Below, piece by piece: positions 1 through 9,810 of a DNA stretch of 64,000 nucleotides (the stretch's first letter is position 1; each line of letters begins with the position of its first letter). The notes beneath the pieces are model-generated. The model had not been told where the DNA came from. It saw only the letters and a program-made list of their open reading frames with translations, and searched no databases. Source of the DNA: an uncultured virus (IMG/VR IMGVR_UViG_3300043410_000946) (Duplodnaviria; Heunggongvirae; Uroviricota; Caudoviricetes); the IMG/VR virus record IMGVR_UViG_3300043410_000946. The stretch is one strand, 5' to 3'. A program made the position numbers and the translations under genes.

Positions 1-593
1 TGTGCTGTTGAAGCAGCACCTGCTGGGTCATAGTTTGTTGCTAGTGAGTCAGCATATGACTTAGCATTGTTTTCTGCTGTAGTCGCTGCTCCTGCTGCAT
101 CATAATTAACTGCAAGGCTATCTGCATAGAAATTTGCATCAGAAATTGCTTCTGACTTAGCAGTTGCAATACGATCTGTGATTGTATTTCCAGTTGATGA
201 ATCTACTGTAGGATCACCAATAAGATCATCTACACGACCACGAGTAGCAACTCTGTCTCCAGGTGCTGTTCCACCAATAGTTACCCAGCCATCTGCATTA
301 AGAACAATGTCATTTGAATTAGATGTAATTGTAACTGTGTTGTCACTTTCAATGTTTGTTGCATAAAGTGATCCGTCAAGAGTAATATCTTGTGTCGCAA
401 ATGAGCCAGAGCCGTCACGGAGAACTACTGTGTCTGCCTCATTGTTTGGAGTTGCTGCTCCACCAATAAGACCAATGATGTAGTTTTGGTCATCTGTGCT
501 CTTTGTAAGAATGTTATATCCATTGATTGTACCTGTTGTACCTTCAACGACAAGGCCACTCTTTACCTTAAAATCTTTATTAATTGTTGCCAT
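1..593 (-). CDS. Tail fiber / virion structural protein, N-terminal part (runs off the window edge)
   Basis: ATG at 593 with a GGAG RBS; open frame MATINKDFKVKSGLVVEG... to position 1; lies among virion genes. Confidence 0.6.
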   Translation of the reverse strand, partial: MATINKDFKVKSGLVVEGTTGTINGYNILTKSTDDQNYIIGLIGGAATPNNEADTVVLRDGSGSFATQDITLDGSLYATNIESDNTVTITSNSNDIVLNADGWVTIGGTAPGDRVATRGRVDDLIGDPTVDSSTGNTITDRIATAKSEAISDANFYADSLAVNYDAAGAATTAENNAKSYADSLATNYDPAGAASTA

Positions 594-612
594 TTTTATA
601 TCTCCTTTTTAA

Positions 613-1059
613 TTATGCCTTAAGTCCCATACGTGCAAAACGTACAGTGACTGGCTTGATCGCAATATCTGGAGTGACTGTTAAAGCCACGGTATTTCCA
701 GTGCGAGAGACATTAATGGTGCCAATATTCCCATCATTGTCGATTGTTCCGTATTCGCTGACAGAAACATCTGCTCCATCAACAAGAATAGTTAGTTCGG
801 TTGCATAGAACTTATTGTCCCCTGCAGAGGTCTTTGCTATTGAAATGATATACTTGACCATACGCCAAACTGTTGCGTCAAAGTTATCAATAACAGTTAC
901 GTTCTCAATACCTGTGATTGTATTTTCATTGTTACCTGATGTTCCCAAGTCTGTTGATTGGGAAGCAAGGGTATCAATTAGGTCTTCGTAGTTTTCCTGA
1001 GTAGGTCTATCTCCTGTTTGGAATAAACTCTTAACTCCTGAGATTGATATTTTCGCCAT
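613..1059 (-). CDS. Putative virion structural (tail-associated) protein
   Basis: 148 aa ORF; leaderless start 6 nt after TGTTATAAT; beta-rich; FQTGDRPT motif seen in tail proteins. Confidence 0.55.
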   Translation of the reverse strand: MAKISISGVKSLFQTGDRPTQENYEDLIDTLASQSTDLGTSGNNENTITGIENVTVIDNFDATVWRMVKYIISIAKTSAGDNKFYATELTILVDGADVSVSEYGTIDNDGNIGTINVSRTGNTVALTVTPDIAIKPVTVRFARMGLKA

Positions 1060-1093
1060 ACGGATATTATAACACTAATTTGAAACTATTTAA

Positions 1094-1318
1094 TCAGAGA
1101 ATATAGTTACTATAGCCAATTACCTGAAGTGGGATTGCTGGAGTATTTCCTAGACCAATCTTTTCAATTTGAATTGCCGTGAATCTAACTCTAAATGGCA
1201 AAATTTCATTTATTCTGACTTCTCTTACTGGTTCAACAATTTTTATAATTGGAAAATCAACTTGCTCTATTCTGTTTGTCTTGTGTCCAAGCGTATCTAC
1301 AATTATTGCTGTTGCCAT
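1094..1318 (-). CDS. Hypothetical protein (virion module)
   Basis: 74 aa ORF coupled to the upstream gene. Confidence 0.55.
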   Translation of the reverse strand: MATAIIVDTLGHKTNRIEQVDFPIIKIVEPVREVRINEILPFRVRFTAIQIEKIGLGNTPAIPLQVIGYSNYIL

Positions 1319-1722
1319 TAGTCTGTTACATCTTCAAGAATCTTCATGCTACCCTGGCATACTGTCCAGACTCTTGTAGGATCAGATAATTGAATATCAA
1401 AGATGTCTCCCGTTTGTAAAACATTAGACTCTTCTGCTGTAAGCCAAACTGTAAACTCTCCAATTAGGTCATCTTCATCTGCAGCAGGGTGTAGCGCCAT
1501 AATTGTTGTGGCATTGTCTGTGATCACTCCTAAATCTGCAACATTGTTTGGACGCTTGATCTTCATAGAAATTGTCCAGTCGGGAATGTTGAGTGGGTCT
1601 TTTGCATCGTCCGTGGCGTAAACCTTAAATCCAGATGTATCTCCACGAACAACGGTCCACAATACTGTTGGCGGTTTGTTACCAATATCGTATGATGATG
1701 CTGTTCCTCTTAAAGTTGCCAT
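1318..1722 (-). CDS. Putative baseplate/tail Ig-like (BppU N-terminal-like) protein
   Basis: WTVVRGDT...FDIQL...WTV pattern; paralogous to 10401-10769 and 11635-12018. Confidence 0.5.
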   Translation of the reverse strand: MATLRGTASSYDIGNKPPTVLWTVVRGDTSGFKVYATDDAKDPLNIPDWTISMKIKRPNNVADLGVITDNATTIMALHPAADEDDLIGEFTVWLTAEESNVLQTGDIFDIQLSDPTRVWTVCQGSMKILEDVTD

Positions 1723-1741
1723 TTATTTATTATATCATTGA

Positions 1742-2254
1742 TTAGGCTAGGCCGTCTCTCAATGCCCCCCAAGTTCCATTTCCTTTTGCCTCAACAATAA
1801 TTGTTCCATTTGAATTAGAATATGAAACTACGCCAACTGCTCCAGAGCCACCAACTGGTCTAGAATTTGTTAGTCCACCAGATTCTGCTACATATAAAAC
1901 ATCTCCTGTTGCAAAACCAGAAGTATTTACATTTCCCAAAACTCCAGCAACAACCGCAATACCACTAGATCCATTTTCAAGTGGTTGCTTTAAGAGGCCA
2001 AGAATTGGGCCTGTTGTTGATGAAAGAGATTTTCCTACAGTTGTTGCTGTTGTGTATCCAGTTGCGTATACAGGTGTTCCAGCAGGAAGTGACTCTCCAG
2101 AAGTATTAATTACATTAACTTGAATAACTGATAAATCTAATGAAGACAATACTTGGCTTACCTCAGATGCTAAATTTTTAATGTCACCATGCACATTTAC
2201 TGGGTCAGTTGACTCTGGATAGGGTAGTGGGTAGTTTCCTGTGGTGTTTGTCAT
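1742..2254 (-). CDS. Putative virion structural protein
   Basis: N-terminal LPYPESTDPVNVHGDI motif typical of actinophage tail proteins; C-terminal GTPVY...GDVLYV domain. Confidence 0.55.
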   Translation of the reverse strand: MTNTTGNYPLPYPESTDPVNVHGDIKNLASEVSQVLSSLDLSVIQVNVINTSGESLPAGTPVYATGYTTATTVGKSLSSTTGPILGLLKQPLENGSSGIAVVAGVLGNVNTSGFATGDVLYVAESGGLTNSRPVGGSGAVGVVSYSNSNGTIIVEAKGNGTWGALRDGLA

Positions 2255-2389
2255 AATGATTCATTATACCACTTTTAAAAACCTGCATTTTTATTTTTTT
2301 ATGCTAAAACTTGACCTACTGGGCAAAATCATGTTATACTTGGAAGTAATAAACCCTGAAAAGGGTTTTTCGTTTCTAAGGAGGAACAG

Positions 2390-2938
2390 ATGAATATAAC
2401 ACAGGATAAACAAAAACTCATCGGAATACTCACGATTATAGTGATGGCAGCACAAGGACTTAATACTGCCAACGCTAGTGAACGCAATAATTTAAGTACT
2501 GAAATTGCGGTGCCTGCAGATATAGCCTCGAAAGAGGCTTTAAGTGTTTCTACAGACCAAAAATTGAAGAAGTTTGAAAACAAGGGTTCTCTTACCGATG
2601 GTGAACTCAAGGAACTTCTATATCTTGTTGGCTTTCGGGGCAACAATTTGAAGGAGGCTTGGGCAGTTGCCAAAAAAGAGTCTAACGGACAGCCAGTTCG
2701 TTTCAACGGCAATGTAAAGACTGGAGATAACTCATATGGGATATTTCAGATTAATATGCTTGGAATGCTTGGAACAGAGCGTAGAAGCAAGTTTGAACTT
2801 GTAACTAATTCTGATCTTTTAAATCCAGTTATTAACGCACAGATTGCCTTTCATATGTCTAATGGTGGAGAAGACTGGTCTGCATGGCATGGCCTAACAC
2901 CTAGAACAAGGGAATGGATGAAGCAATTTCCTAACTAA
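2390..2938 (+). CDS. Secreted lytic transglycosylase / lysozyme-like protein
   Basis: Hydrophobic N-terminus; AVAKKESNG, SYGIFQIN and WSAW motifs of SLT-like enzymes; own TTGACC-N18-TATACT promoter at 2311-2340. Confidence 0.75.
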   Translation: MNITQDKQKLIGILTIIVMAAQGLNTANASERNNLSTEIAVPADIASKEALSVSTDQKLKKFENKGSLTDGELKELLYLVGFRGNNLKEAWAVAKKESNGQPVRFNGNVKTGDNSYGIFQINMLGMLGTERRSKFELVTNSDLLNPVINAQIAFHMSNGGEDWSAWHGLTPRTREWMKQFPN

Positions 2939-2950
2939 TAACAATTAAGG

Positions 2951-2986
2951 ATAGGGGCACATGGGAAACTATGTGCCTCTATTTTT
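2951..2986. terminator. Intrinsic terminator between convergent genes
   Basis: ATAGGGGCACAT / ATGTGCCTCTAT stem followed by a T run. Confidence 0.7.
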
Positions 2987-4001
2987 ATGCCCAGATTGCT
3001 GCTGAGCAGTTCCTGCATAACGAAGACTTTGCCGACTTGATAGCGTCTTGCCTATTGCTGCCAAACCAAAGATCTTCTAGACTGCTATCTTTTAGATTTC
3101 CATACATAGTAACGAAATCAAAGTCATCACAGCATAAGAATACATCACCGTTGGCATTAATGTGGATCCACTCATTTGCTCTGTCTGTAAGTCCAATACC
3201 TCCACGGCATCCAACAACCTCTTTTTCAGAAATATCAAAGTTCTTATCTATTGCTACCCTATTAGTTAGTACTCTTAATTCGTCTAGTTTGCCAGCACGA
3301 TCATACAGATTATTATATTTGTATACCCTGGCATTTGGGAAAAGACCCTGGAGGGCTTTAAAGGACTTGTTTAGCGATCCAGTCTCTGGATCTAGGTCTA
3401 AGTCTAGTGCGTTCTCTAAAAGGTCTACCCAGCCCCCATTTTGGGTAAGTGATAGATGGTCTATGCCGTTTACCTGAATGTGAAACATATCTTGTTTTGT
3501 AAAATACTCTAACTTTTCGTGAGCATAGGCAACATTACTAACTACTTTATTAAATATAGACTTATTCATTCCAACAAGTTTTGACCACTCTTCTTCATCT
3601 GCTGATGGGATGTTTAAAAGAAGACCCTTGATTACATCCTTATATTCATATATTTTATCAACCTTTGATTTTGTCAAAGCAACGCCATTTGTTAATATAA
3701 AGGTTTTTACCTTTTGTCTTCTTAACATTTCTAGCATTTCGTCAAAATGCTTGTAAAGTAAAATTTCGTTATAATGTGCACTGTAAAAAAATGAAAACAG
3801 TGGGTGTACAAATTTTCCTTTAGATTTTTTTATTTGAATAATAATGTCCTCAAATAACTCTATTGGCATGTCTGTTTTGGCAAATTCTGGGTTCTTAGTA
3901 TGTCCTACTGGACAGAACCAGCACTTTGCATTACATAAACCATTTGGATCAATCTGGACTGCTTTTAACTTGTACCCATTGTCTAGATTGCTATATATCA
4001 T
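2985..4001 (-). CDS. Radical SAM protein with SPASM/twitch domain
   Basis: CNAKCWFC (CxxxCxxC); C-terminal C...ANGDVFLCC...YGNL...CRNC. Confidence 0.85.
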   Translation of the reverse strand: MIYSNLDNGYKLKAVQIDPNGLCNAKCWFCPVGHTKNPEFAKTDMPIELFEDIIIQIKKSKGKFVHPLFSFFYSAHYNEILLYKHFDEMLEMLRRQKVKTFILTNGVALTKSKVDKIYEYKDVIKGLLLNIPSADEEEWSKLVGMNKSIFNKVVSNVAYAHEKLEYFTKQDMFHIQVNGIDHLSLTQNGGWVDLLENALDLDLDPETGSLNKSFKALQGLFPNARVYKYNNLYDRAGKLDELRVLTNRVAIDKNFDISEKEVVGCRGGIGLTDRANEWIHINANGDVFLCCDDFDFVTMYGNLKDSSLEDLWFGSNRQDAIKSAKSSLCRNCSAAIWA

Positions 4002-4177
4002 TATTCTGATTCTTGTTTAGGTAAAAACTTCTGTGATTCTGGATCAAAAATATATCCAACCTGGATATCTTCTACCTCTGTTACTTCTTGTATACCAGAA
4101 TACTCTGCTGACTCTGATACCTCAAAAATAAAATCTACAACATTGTCTGTAACTACCGCAAATTTTCTATGTGACAT
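4001..4177 (-). CDS. Small tail-fiber accessory-type protein
   Basis: Coupled ATG at 4177; FAVV...IQVGYIFD pattern resembles 5590-6334. Confidence 0.45.
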   Translation of the reverse strand: MSHRKFAVVTDNVVDFIFEVSESAEYSGIQEVTEVEDIQVGYIFDPESQKFLPKQESE

Positions 4178-4419
4178 TATTCTACCTCTTCTGTATAAGA
4201 CACTTTTTCTTGTCCCCACTTACCTTCTGGGCATTCTGCATTTGGCAACTTAACCTTTAGGTTCATGATACAACCGCATTTTGTACATTGGTGTGTTGCT
4301 GAAATATAAAACGGACATTCTTTACAAATAGCAAATCTTGCATCTGCTACTTCTGTTTTTACCCTACCTATATTTTTATTAAATAGGTCCCAAGGTCTTG
4401 CTGGCTTGTTTTCTGACAT
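4177..4419 (-). CDS. Cys-rich DUF6171-like protein
   Basis: PWDL...CxxC...CxxCGCxM...K..L..A.CP.GKW; paralogs at 5342 and 13394. Confidence 0.65.
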   Translation of the reverse strand: MSENKPARPWDLFNKNIGRVKTEVADARFAICKECPFYISATHQCTKCGCIMNLKVKLPNAECPEGKWGQEKVSYTEEVE

Positions 4420-4448
4420 TTTGGTCTCCTTAATAAAAGTATATCATA

Positions 4449-5348
4449 CTAGGACTCTTTATAGTCAAAATCAACAAAGCAGTTTGCCCATGTATCCACC
4501 ACACCTTTATTTGCCACGGAATATAAGGGGTCACTTATCTTACACTCATAAAAATCTTCAATTCTTTTAAAAGAATCTTGATCATTCTTTGAATATATTT
4601 CTGGGCTTCCGTCCCACTGCCTTTTTCTTTTTTTACCGTCATAATCATGGTATATATAGTTTGATGGTGGGGCAACAATCTTTACTCCCTTTTCATAAAA
4701 CCGTATAGATAGCGTTTGCTCTTCTCCATTAAAATATATGTTTTGGTCATACGGGGTATTCAAAAACAATTCAGATTTTCCAAAAGCCATTCCAGCACAA
4801 AAATATCCAGTCAACATTCCAAATTCTCCGCCTACATACTCCCTATACTTGCAGGCATACCTAAGTGTGCCCTTTTCTAGAATTGCTTTTACCACAGTTG
4901 GATTTTCCATTTTAATACAATCAATATTGCCAAAATTGTCATATACATACGGATGAGGATAAGAACTTATGATTATGTCACCCTCCCAAAATTCTTGACA
5001 TTTTTTATAATCTAAAATAAGCCTTTCATCCCAATCTTGTGAAAATTGAGAATGACTATCTACCTGTAAAAAAAAGTCATGATCTTTTGTAATAAATGAT
5101 TGAATGAGACCTCTTGCGTATCCTACTCCAGTAGACTCAGAGTAATGCACTTTCTTATATGTGTAACTATCTGTGTTAAATAGTTCAAATAAGGATTCTA
5201 ATTTTGGGTGTTTGTCATCATCATCTTGAGAAAGTATACAAACATGTATTCTTGATAAATTTTTGGCTTTTGATAATAGACTATAAACTGTATTTGTTAA
5301 CTCTGCATCTCTAAAAGAAGCAATCGAAACAAATATTGTGTCTACCAT
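4449..5348 (-). CDS. Glycosyltransferase, GlcNAc-transferase (Gnt1/GT60-like) family
   Basis: IFVSIASFRD, GVGYAR, FFLQVDSH..F...WD and FNGEE motifs; start moved to the coupled ATG at 5348. Confidence 0.75.
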   Translation of the reverse strand: MVDTIFVSIASFRDAELTNTVYSLLSKAKNLSRIHVCILSQDDDDKHPKLESLFELFNTDSYTYKKVHYSESTGVGYARGLIQSFITKDHDFFLQVDSHSQFSQDWDERLILDYKKCQEFWEGDIIISSYPHPYVYDNFGNIDCIKMENPTVVKAILEKGTLRYACKYREYVGGEFGMLTGYFCAGMAFGKSELFLNTPYDQNIYFNGEEQTLSIRFYEKGVKIVAPPSNYIYHDYDGKKRKRQWDGSPEIYSKNDQDSFKRIEDFYECKISDPLYSVANKGVVDTWANCFVDFDYKES

Positions 5349-5590
5349 TTCCCTAGCGGACATGTTGCCTTTGCCAGACCAGTTTTGGCTTTCATAAAAC
5401 AGCCACATTTTTTGCACTGTTTTGTAACTTGAAGAAGTTCTGGGCAACCAAGGCAAATATCATATCTGCGTGAATGCTCTGCTTCATCAACTTTTTCTAC
5501 ATTAGGATCTAATAGATCCCACGGCTTTACAGCCCTATCTTTTTCTGCTGACTTCTTTTTAAATTTTTGCCACGCTGACTCTTCTGTCAT
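5342..5590 (-). CDS. Cys-rich DUF6171-like protein
   Basis: PWDL...CLGC...QCKKCGCFMKAK...CPLGKW. Confidence 0.65.
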   Translation of the reverse strand: MTEESAWQKFKKKSAEKDRAVKPWDLLDPNVEKVDEAEHSRRYDICLGCPELLQVTKQCKKCGCFMKAKTGLAKATCPLGKW

Positions 5591-5952
5591 TAACTTACCC
5601 TTTCGAATCTAGGATTACTGAGCATTACAGCATTCATTAGTTCATGATCTTCATTTTTAGGATATGTTTGTATCCATCTGACCACACCATCTACAACATA
5701 AGCATAAAACTCATATTTTTCTCCATCACCGCTTAGTGTATGAAAATCAGAATTAGTTGCTGATACAAATTTTTCACCGTCCCAAAAGTCACCAAGTTCT
5801 GGAGTAAAATTAAGATGAGAATATGGAATTATTTTTGGGCTAGAAGACAATATGTCAATCATTACTTGCTCTGTTACAAACATAGAGGTTACATGCTCAT
5901 CTTCTACATAAATTATAAACTCGTGTATTGTTGGTTGCTCTTGACTAGTCAT
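5590..5952 (-). CDS. Tail-fiber accessory-type protein
   Basis: SSPKII...PELGDFWDGEKF...LSNP; paralog of 5945-6334. Confidence 0.5.
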   Translation of the reverse strand: MTSQEQPTIHEFIIYVEDEHVTSMFVTEQVMIDILSSSPKIIPYSHLNFTPELGDFWDGEKFVSATNSDFHTLSGDGEKYEFYAYVVDGVVRWIQTYPKNEDHELMNAVMLSNPRFERVS

Positions 5953-6334
5953 TTACATCCTCAAATGTTATAGTTGGGTTACTCTTCAATGCTGCGATCT
6001 TCATATTTGATTCTTCATCCCCTGGGTAAGATAAAAAAAGCCTATGTGCGTTATCAACTAGAAAAGAAAACGAATAATGCTTTTCTGCCATAAAAGGTTG
6101 CTCTTTAGTAGAAATACCAGACTCACCAACAAAGTCTGTCCCATTCCAGACATCTCCAATCTTTGGTAGATAACCAATTTTGGAAATATCAATTACTGAT
6201 GGACTCATAGATAGGCAATCAAAAAGACTTAACTGAAACTCTTCTTCTGGTATATTGCTATCTTCGTTAAACCTAATTGATTCAAAAAATATCTTGTCTT
6301 CATCAATATTTAAATAAAAATTTCTAGTTTTCAC
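5945..6334 (-). CDS. Tail-fiber accessory-type protein
   Basis: SPSVID...PKIGDVWNGTDF...LKSNP. Confidence 0.5.
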   Translation of the reverse strand: MKTRNFYLNIDEDKIFFESIRFNEDSNIPEEEFQLSLFDCLSMSPSVIDISKIGYLPKIGDVWNGTDFVGESGISTKEQPFMAEKHYSFSFLVDNAHRLFLSYPGDEESNMKIAALKSNPTITFEDVND

Positions 6335-6367
6335 ATTTCCTCCTAATAATTATTATACACCATAGAC

Positions 6368-7933
6368 TTATCCACAGCCGTACGGCTCAACTATAGTTCT
6401 AGTTGTTCCACAGTTGCTTGTCTGGTTTGTACAGTAATCAATTTGGAATGATCCACAGCAATAAGAACTACCATCTGTCCAAGTTGTAACTGTACATCCA
6501 CCACTAGATGTTGTAGTCGCTGCTGCAGTAGTTGCTGCTGCGGTAGTTGTGGCAGGTGCTGATGTCGCATTTGCAATACAGGTTCCGTATGTATTAGGGC
6601 ATCCATTTGGTGTTATACAGTATGTTCTTGTTCCTGCTAAGCCAGTTGATGTAGTACAGTCTTCTGTTCCAGATCCATAAGGACAACATCCAGCAATTCC
6701 ACAAGGACTATCAACTGTACATCCAGCAGGTGCTGCTGTAGTTGTAGTCGGTGCTGCAGTTGTAGTTGCTGCAGCAGTTGTTGTTGCAGGTGCTGATGTA
6801 GTAGTTGGCTCACAGCATCTCCAAGCATAAGGCACACCAAATGGAACATAGAATGAACCACAAGGTGTATTTACATCTGTGCTTGTTCCTGTTCCACTTC
6901 CACTAGTTGATGTTGAATATCCAGATGGACAAGCAGGTGCAGTAGATCCACCAATTGTATACAAAACAGATCCGCTAGGTGCAGATGTTGTTGGTGTTGA
7001 AGTTGTCGTAATTGTTGTACTTGCAGTTGCAAGAGTTTGATTAGATGAACTCTTAGCATTCACAGTAAATGTATAAGAAGTATTTTCTGACAAAGAACTA
7101 AAAGTATAAGATGTTGAGTTAGTAGTTGTTGGAACTGGACCAATTGACACTTCATACCACGCTGTTCCTGCTGGAGCATTTGACCATGATGCAGTAACAC
7201 TACTTGATGTTGATGACGTACTTGTAATTCCAAATGAAGGAGATGATGTTGTTGGCGCTGCAGTAGTTGTTGTGGTTGTTGTGGTTGTTGTTATAGTTCC
7301 ATTACAAATGTTACAAGATGTAGTAGCATTTGAAAATGCCTGTGTTGTTTGCAGTCCTGTTTGATTTGGCCCAGAGTAAAGTCTTAAAGTGGCGCTTTTT
7401 GATGTACTACATGATCCTACATATCCAGACCAAGATCCAGATGATCCAGAACCATATACTGGATCAATCCATCCAGTTGAAGCGGTTACTGCCCAAGACT
7501 GTGCTCCAGTTCCAGAAAATGTTAGATAGAGTGTGTCGCAGTCGCTGCTTTCCACCATTGAGTCAATAACTGGATAAGATGGAGATGAAGTTGTTGTTGG
7601 TGTTGGACCAGCAGTAGTAGTTGTTGTTACTGGAGGTGGACCAGAGGTTGTTGTTGGTGGTGGTGCTGAAGTAGTTGTAGTAACAACTGGAACATAATTA
7701 TAATAAATAAAAGATACACTAGATTCATAATCAACAAGGTCATTTGGGTTTGGAATCTGAGAAACAATTTTGTTTGATAGATTTGAGTCAGAGGTATCTG
7801 TTGAAGAACTTCCAGAATATGTAAGTCCTGCTGATTGAATTGCTGTAATTGCTTGAGTATTTGTAAGTCCAGAAAGATTTGGAACTAAAACCATTCCTTT
7901 TGATGAGGACCAAAAACCAGAAGACCCAAGCAT
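6368..7933 (-). CDS. PASTA + FN3 + Thr-rich/Cys-rich putative adhesin (receptor-binding virion protein)
   Basis: N-terminal VPNLSGLT..QA...IQSAGL...IVSQIPNP (PASTA); VTASW...YEV...YTFSSLSENTSYTFTV (FN3); long Thr/Pro runs; Cys-rich C-terminus. Confidence 0.7.
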   Translation of the reverse strand: MLGSSGFWSSSKGMVLVPNLSGLTNTQAITAIQSAGLTYSGSSSTDTSDSNLSNKIVSQIPNPNDLVDYESSVSFIYYNYVPVVTTTTSAPPPTTTSGPPPVTTTTTAGPTPTTTSSPSYPVIDSMVESSDCDTLYLTFSGTGAQSWAVTASTGWIDPVYGSGSSGSWSGYVGSCSTSKSATLRLYSGPNQTGLQTTQAFSNATTSCNICNGTITTTTTTTTTTAAPTTSSPSFGITSTSSTSSSVTASWSNAPAGTAWYEVSIGPVPTTTNSTSYTFSSLSENTSYTFTVNAKSSSNQTLATASTTITTTSTPTTSAPSGSVLYTIGGSTAPACPSGYSTSTSGSGTGTSTDVNTPCGSFYVPFGVPYAWRCCEPTTTSAPATTTAAATTTAAPTTTTAAPAGCTVDSPCGIAGCCPYGSGTEDCTTSTGLAGTRTYCITPNGCPNTYGTCIANATSAPATTTAAATTAAATTTSSGGCTVTTWTDGSSYCCGSFQIDYCTNQTSNCGTTRTIVEPYGCG

Positions 7934-7940
7934 TCTTTGC

Positions 7941-8573
7941 CTACGCCTTCAAATCGCCTATAAGTATCCAGGTATTTACATCATCTTTAACTAAGACAGC
8001 ACCAGAATATTGTGCAGCAATTTTCTTATTAGAATTTTTACTATTAATTGTAACTCCAACAGTTTCTCCAGTAATGGATACCTCTCCTGCGCCTTTTCTA
8101 ATAATTTCTATTCTCTGACCAACAATAAAAGGTGTTGTACTGTTTAACGGAACAGTTATTGTAACATCTGATCCAGATGAAACACGAATAGTCTTTCCTG
8201 CATCAGAAAGTCCTAAAGTTTTATTTGCAGATACTGATGAGAGAGATGCAGCATCATTGTAATCTCTCCATACACCATTGTAGTAGTACTGAAGTTGGTT
8301 AATTACATTTCCATCAGCGTCATTTCTAACAAACGCAACTACACCATTTGTTGGGGAAGTAATAATTGCATCTCTTGCTGCAGGGTTTTGAAAATTATTT
8401 ATACCTGCACGAGCATTTAATACTGACTGTGCGTCAAGTGTTGAAATAAATGTCTGAGTTGCTGACCAGTTATATGGAGAGTTTGTGTTAATTGATCCAC
8501 CAATTGGATACCAGGTATCAGTCTCTTGATCATACATATAAGCAATTTTGCTAGTTGTACTTGTTGATGTCAT
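7941..8573 (-). CDS. Tail fiber-like protein
   Basis: LSDAGK...ITVP...FIVGQRI...GAGEV...QYS...WILIGDL C-terminal tail domain. Confidence 0.65.
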   Translation of the reverse strand: MTSTSTTSKIAYMYDQETDTWYPIGGSINTNSPYNWSATQTFISTLDAQSVLNARAGINNFQNPAARDAIITSPTNGVVAFVRNDADGNVINQLQYYYNGVWRDYNDAASLSSVSANKTLGLSDAGKTIRVSSGSDVTITVPLNSTTPFIVGQRIEIIRKGAGEVSITGETVGVTINSKNSNKKIAAQYSGAVLVKDDVNTWILIGDLKA

Positions 8574-8574
8574 A

Positions 8575-8790
8575 TTACATACCTGCCAATCTTAAGTCTT
8601 CTTCTGTTAATCCTAAAGCAACAAACTTGGCAATGGCTGCCTCTTTGTCTCTAGTCGCCTTCAATTTTGCGTCAATAACAATTTTTGCTTCTTCTGTAAC
8701 AGTTTTGTACGCTACATACTCTTCATCTGTCATTGGTCTTGACACTCCGTCAATTACGATATCTGGATTTACTTTTTTAGGTTTAGCCAT
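8575..8790 (-). CDS. Hypothetical protein (tail assembly-like)
   Basis: RPMTDEEY...LGLTEEDL pattern. Confidence 0.5.
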   Translation of the reverse strand: MAKPKKVNPDIVIDGVSRPMTDEEYVAYKTVTEEAKIVIDAKLKATRDKEAAIAKFVALGLTEEDLRLAGM

Positions 8791-9791
8791 TATTCAAAAC
8801 TCCAAACTTGATATGTACCAGCATCAAAATTGCCTGTTGGTGATAATGCAATTTGAACTGAAGTGATTTCAGATGTATTTTTATAGTAACCAAAATATTG
8901 TCCAGAAGAATTATCCGCAATTGTTGAAACTGGCTTTAATGCTGCCTGCGAATTTGCAAGGTCAACAGAAATAGTTAAATCATGAGTGACATCATCTGCA
9001 AAAACAGGGGAGTGCAATGAACTTGCAGAAATAAGCCCTCCAGTATTTACATAGTTTGGTCCAGAGTCATTATTGAATCTAACAGTTATCATTGCTGAGT
9101 CAGTTGCATCATCATGGCTCCAGTCTTTTAATACAATAAAGACTTTTTCTCCAGAAATTCCAGAAACACTGAATCCAGTTCCAGATAAAGTTCCAGATCC
9201 CTTTAATGTCCAAGACTTTTGATCTACCCATGCTGGCAGTCCAGAAACGGCTTGCAAGATCTGTCCATTTGTTCCAATTGAAAGTTTTGCAATATCATCT
9301 GGTCCTGCACCATAAACTAAATCTCCTGCTGCATCAACAATTCCAGGAATTTCTGTGATAGCAACCCAGGCAGTCGTTCCTGCGTCATATACATATCCTC
9401 TAACTGGACTTGCGCTTTTATCAATCCAAATTACACCATCAACCAAATCTTCTGTTGGCGCAGTTGGTGAATAAACAACTGTAGAGTATTCTGTTACATT
9501 TGATAGTCCGCTATTTGCATCCATCCAAATGTATCCGTCTTCAGGGGATGTTGGTGCTGACGTAAGGTAGTCTGATCCAATACCCAAAGTTTCTTGAGCC
9601 TGCACTCTATTCTTAATTTGTTGTAGGTGGTAGGCAAGTGATGGATTTACAAGTTGTGATGTATCGCTATTATTTTTATCATAGGTTGCTGAGCCATAAA
9701 GAAATAGCCTTAGAGCAGCCTGAATATCTGCAGCATCCTCAAAACCAGGGATCTTTGTATTAAATAAATTTCCAATATCTTCAGCAGCCAT
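8790..9791 (-). CDS. Virion/tail protein
   Basis: TKIPGFEDAADIQAALRL N-terminus; APT..DG.IW repeats; GDLVYG...LSIGTNGQIL. Confidence 0.6.
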   Translation of the reverse strand: MAAEDIGNLFNTKIPGFEDAADIQAALRLFLYGSATYDKNNSDTSQLVNPSLAYHLQQIKNRVQAQETLGIGSDYLTSAPTSPEDGYIWMDANSGLSNVTEYSTVVYSPTAPTEDLVDGVIWIDKSASPVRGYVYDAGTTAWVAITEIPGIVDAAGDLVYGAGPDDIAKLSIGTNGQILQAVSGLPAWVDQKSWTLKGSGTLSGTGFSVSGISGEKVFIVLKDWSHDDATDSAMITVRFNNDSGPNYVNTGGLISASSLHSPVFADDVTHDLTISVDLANSQAALKPVSTIADNSSGQYFGYYKNTSEITSVQIALSPTGNFDAGTYQVWSFE

Positions 9792-9810
9792 TTGTTATCA
9801 CCATCTTAGA

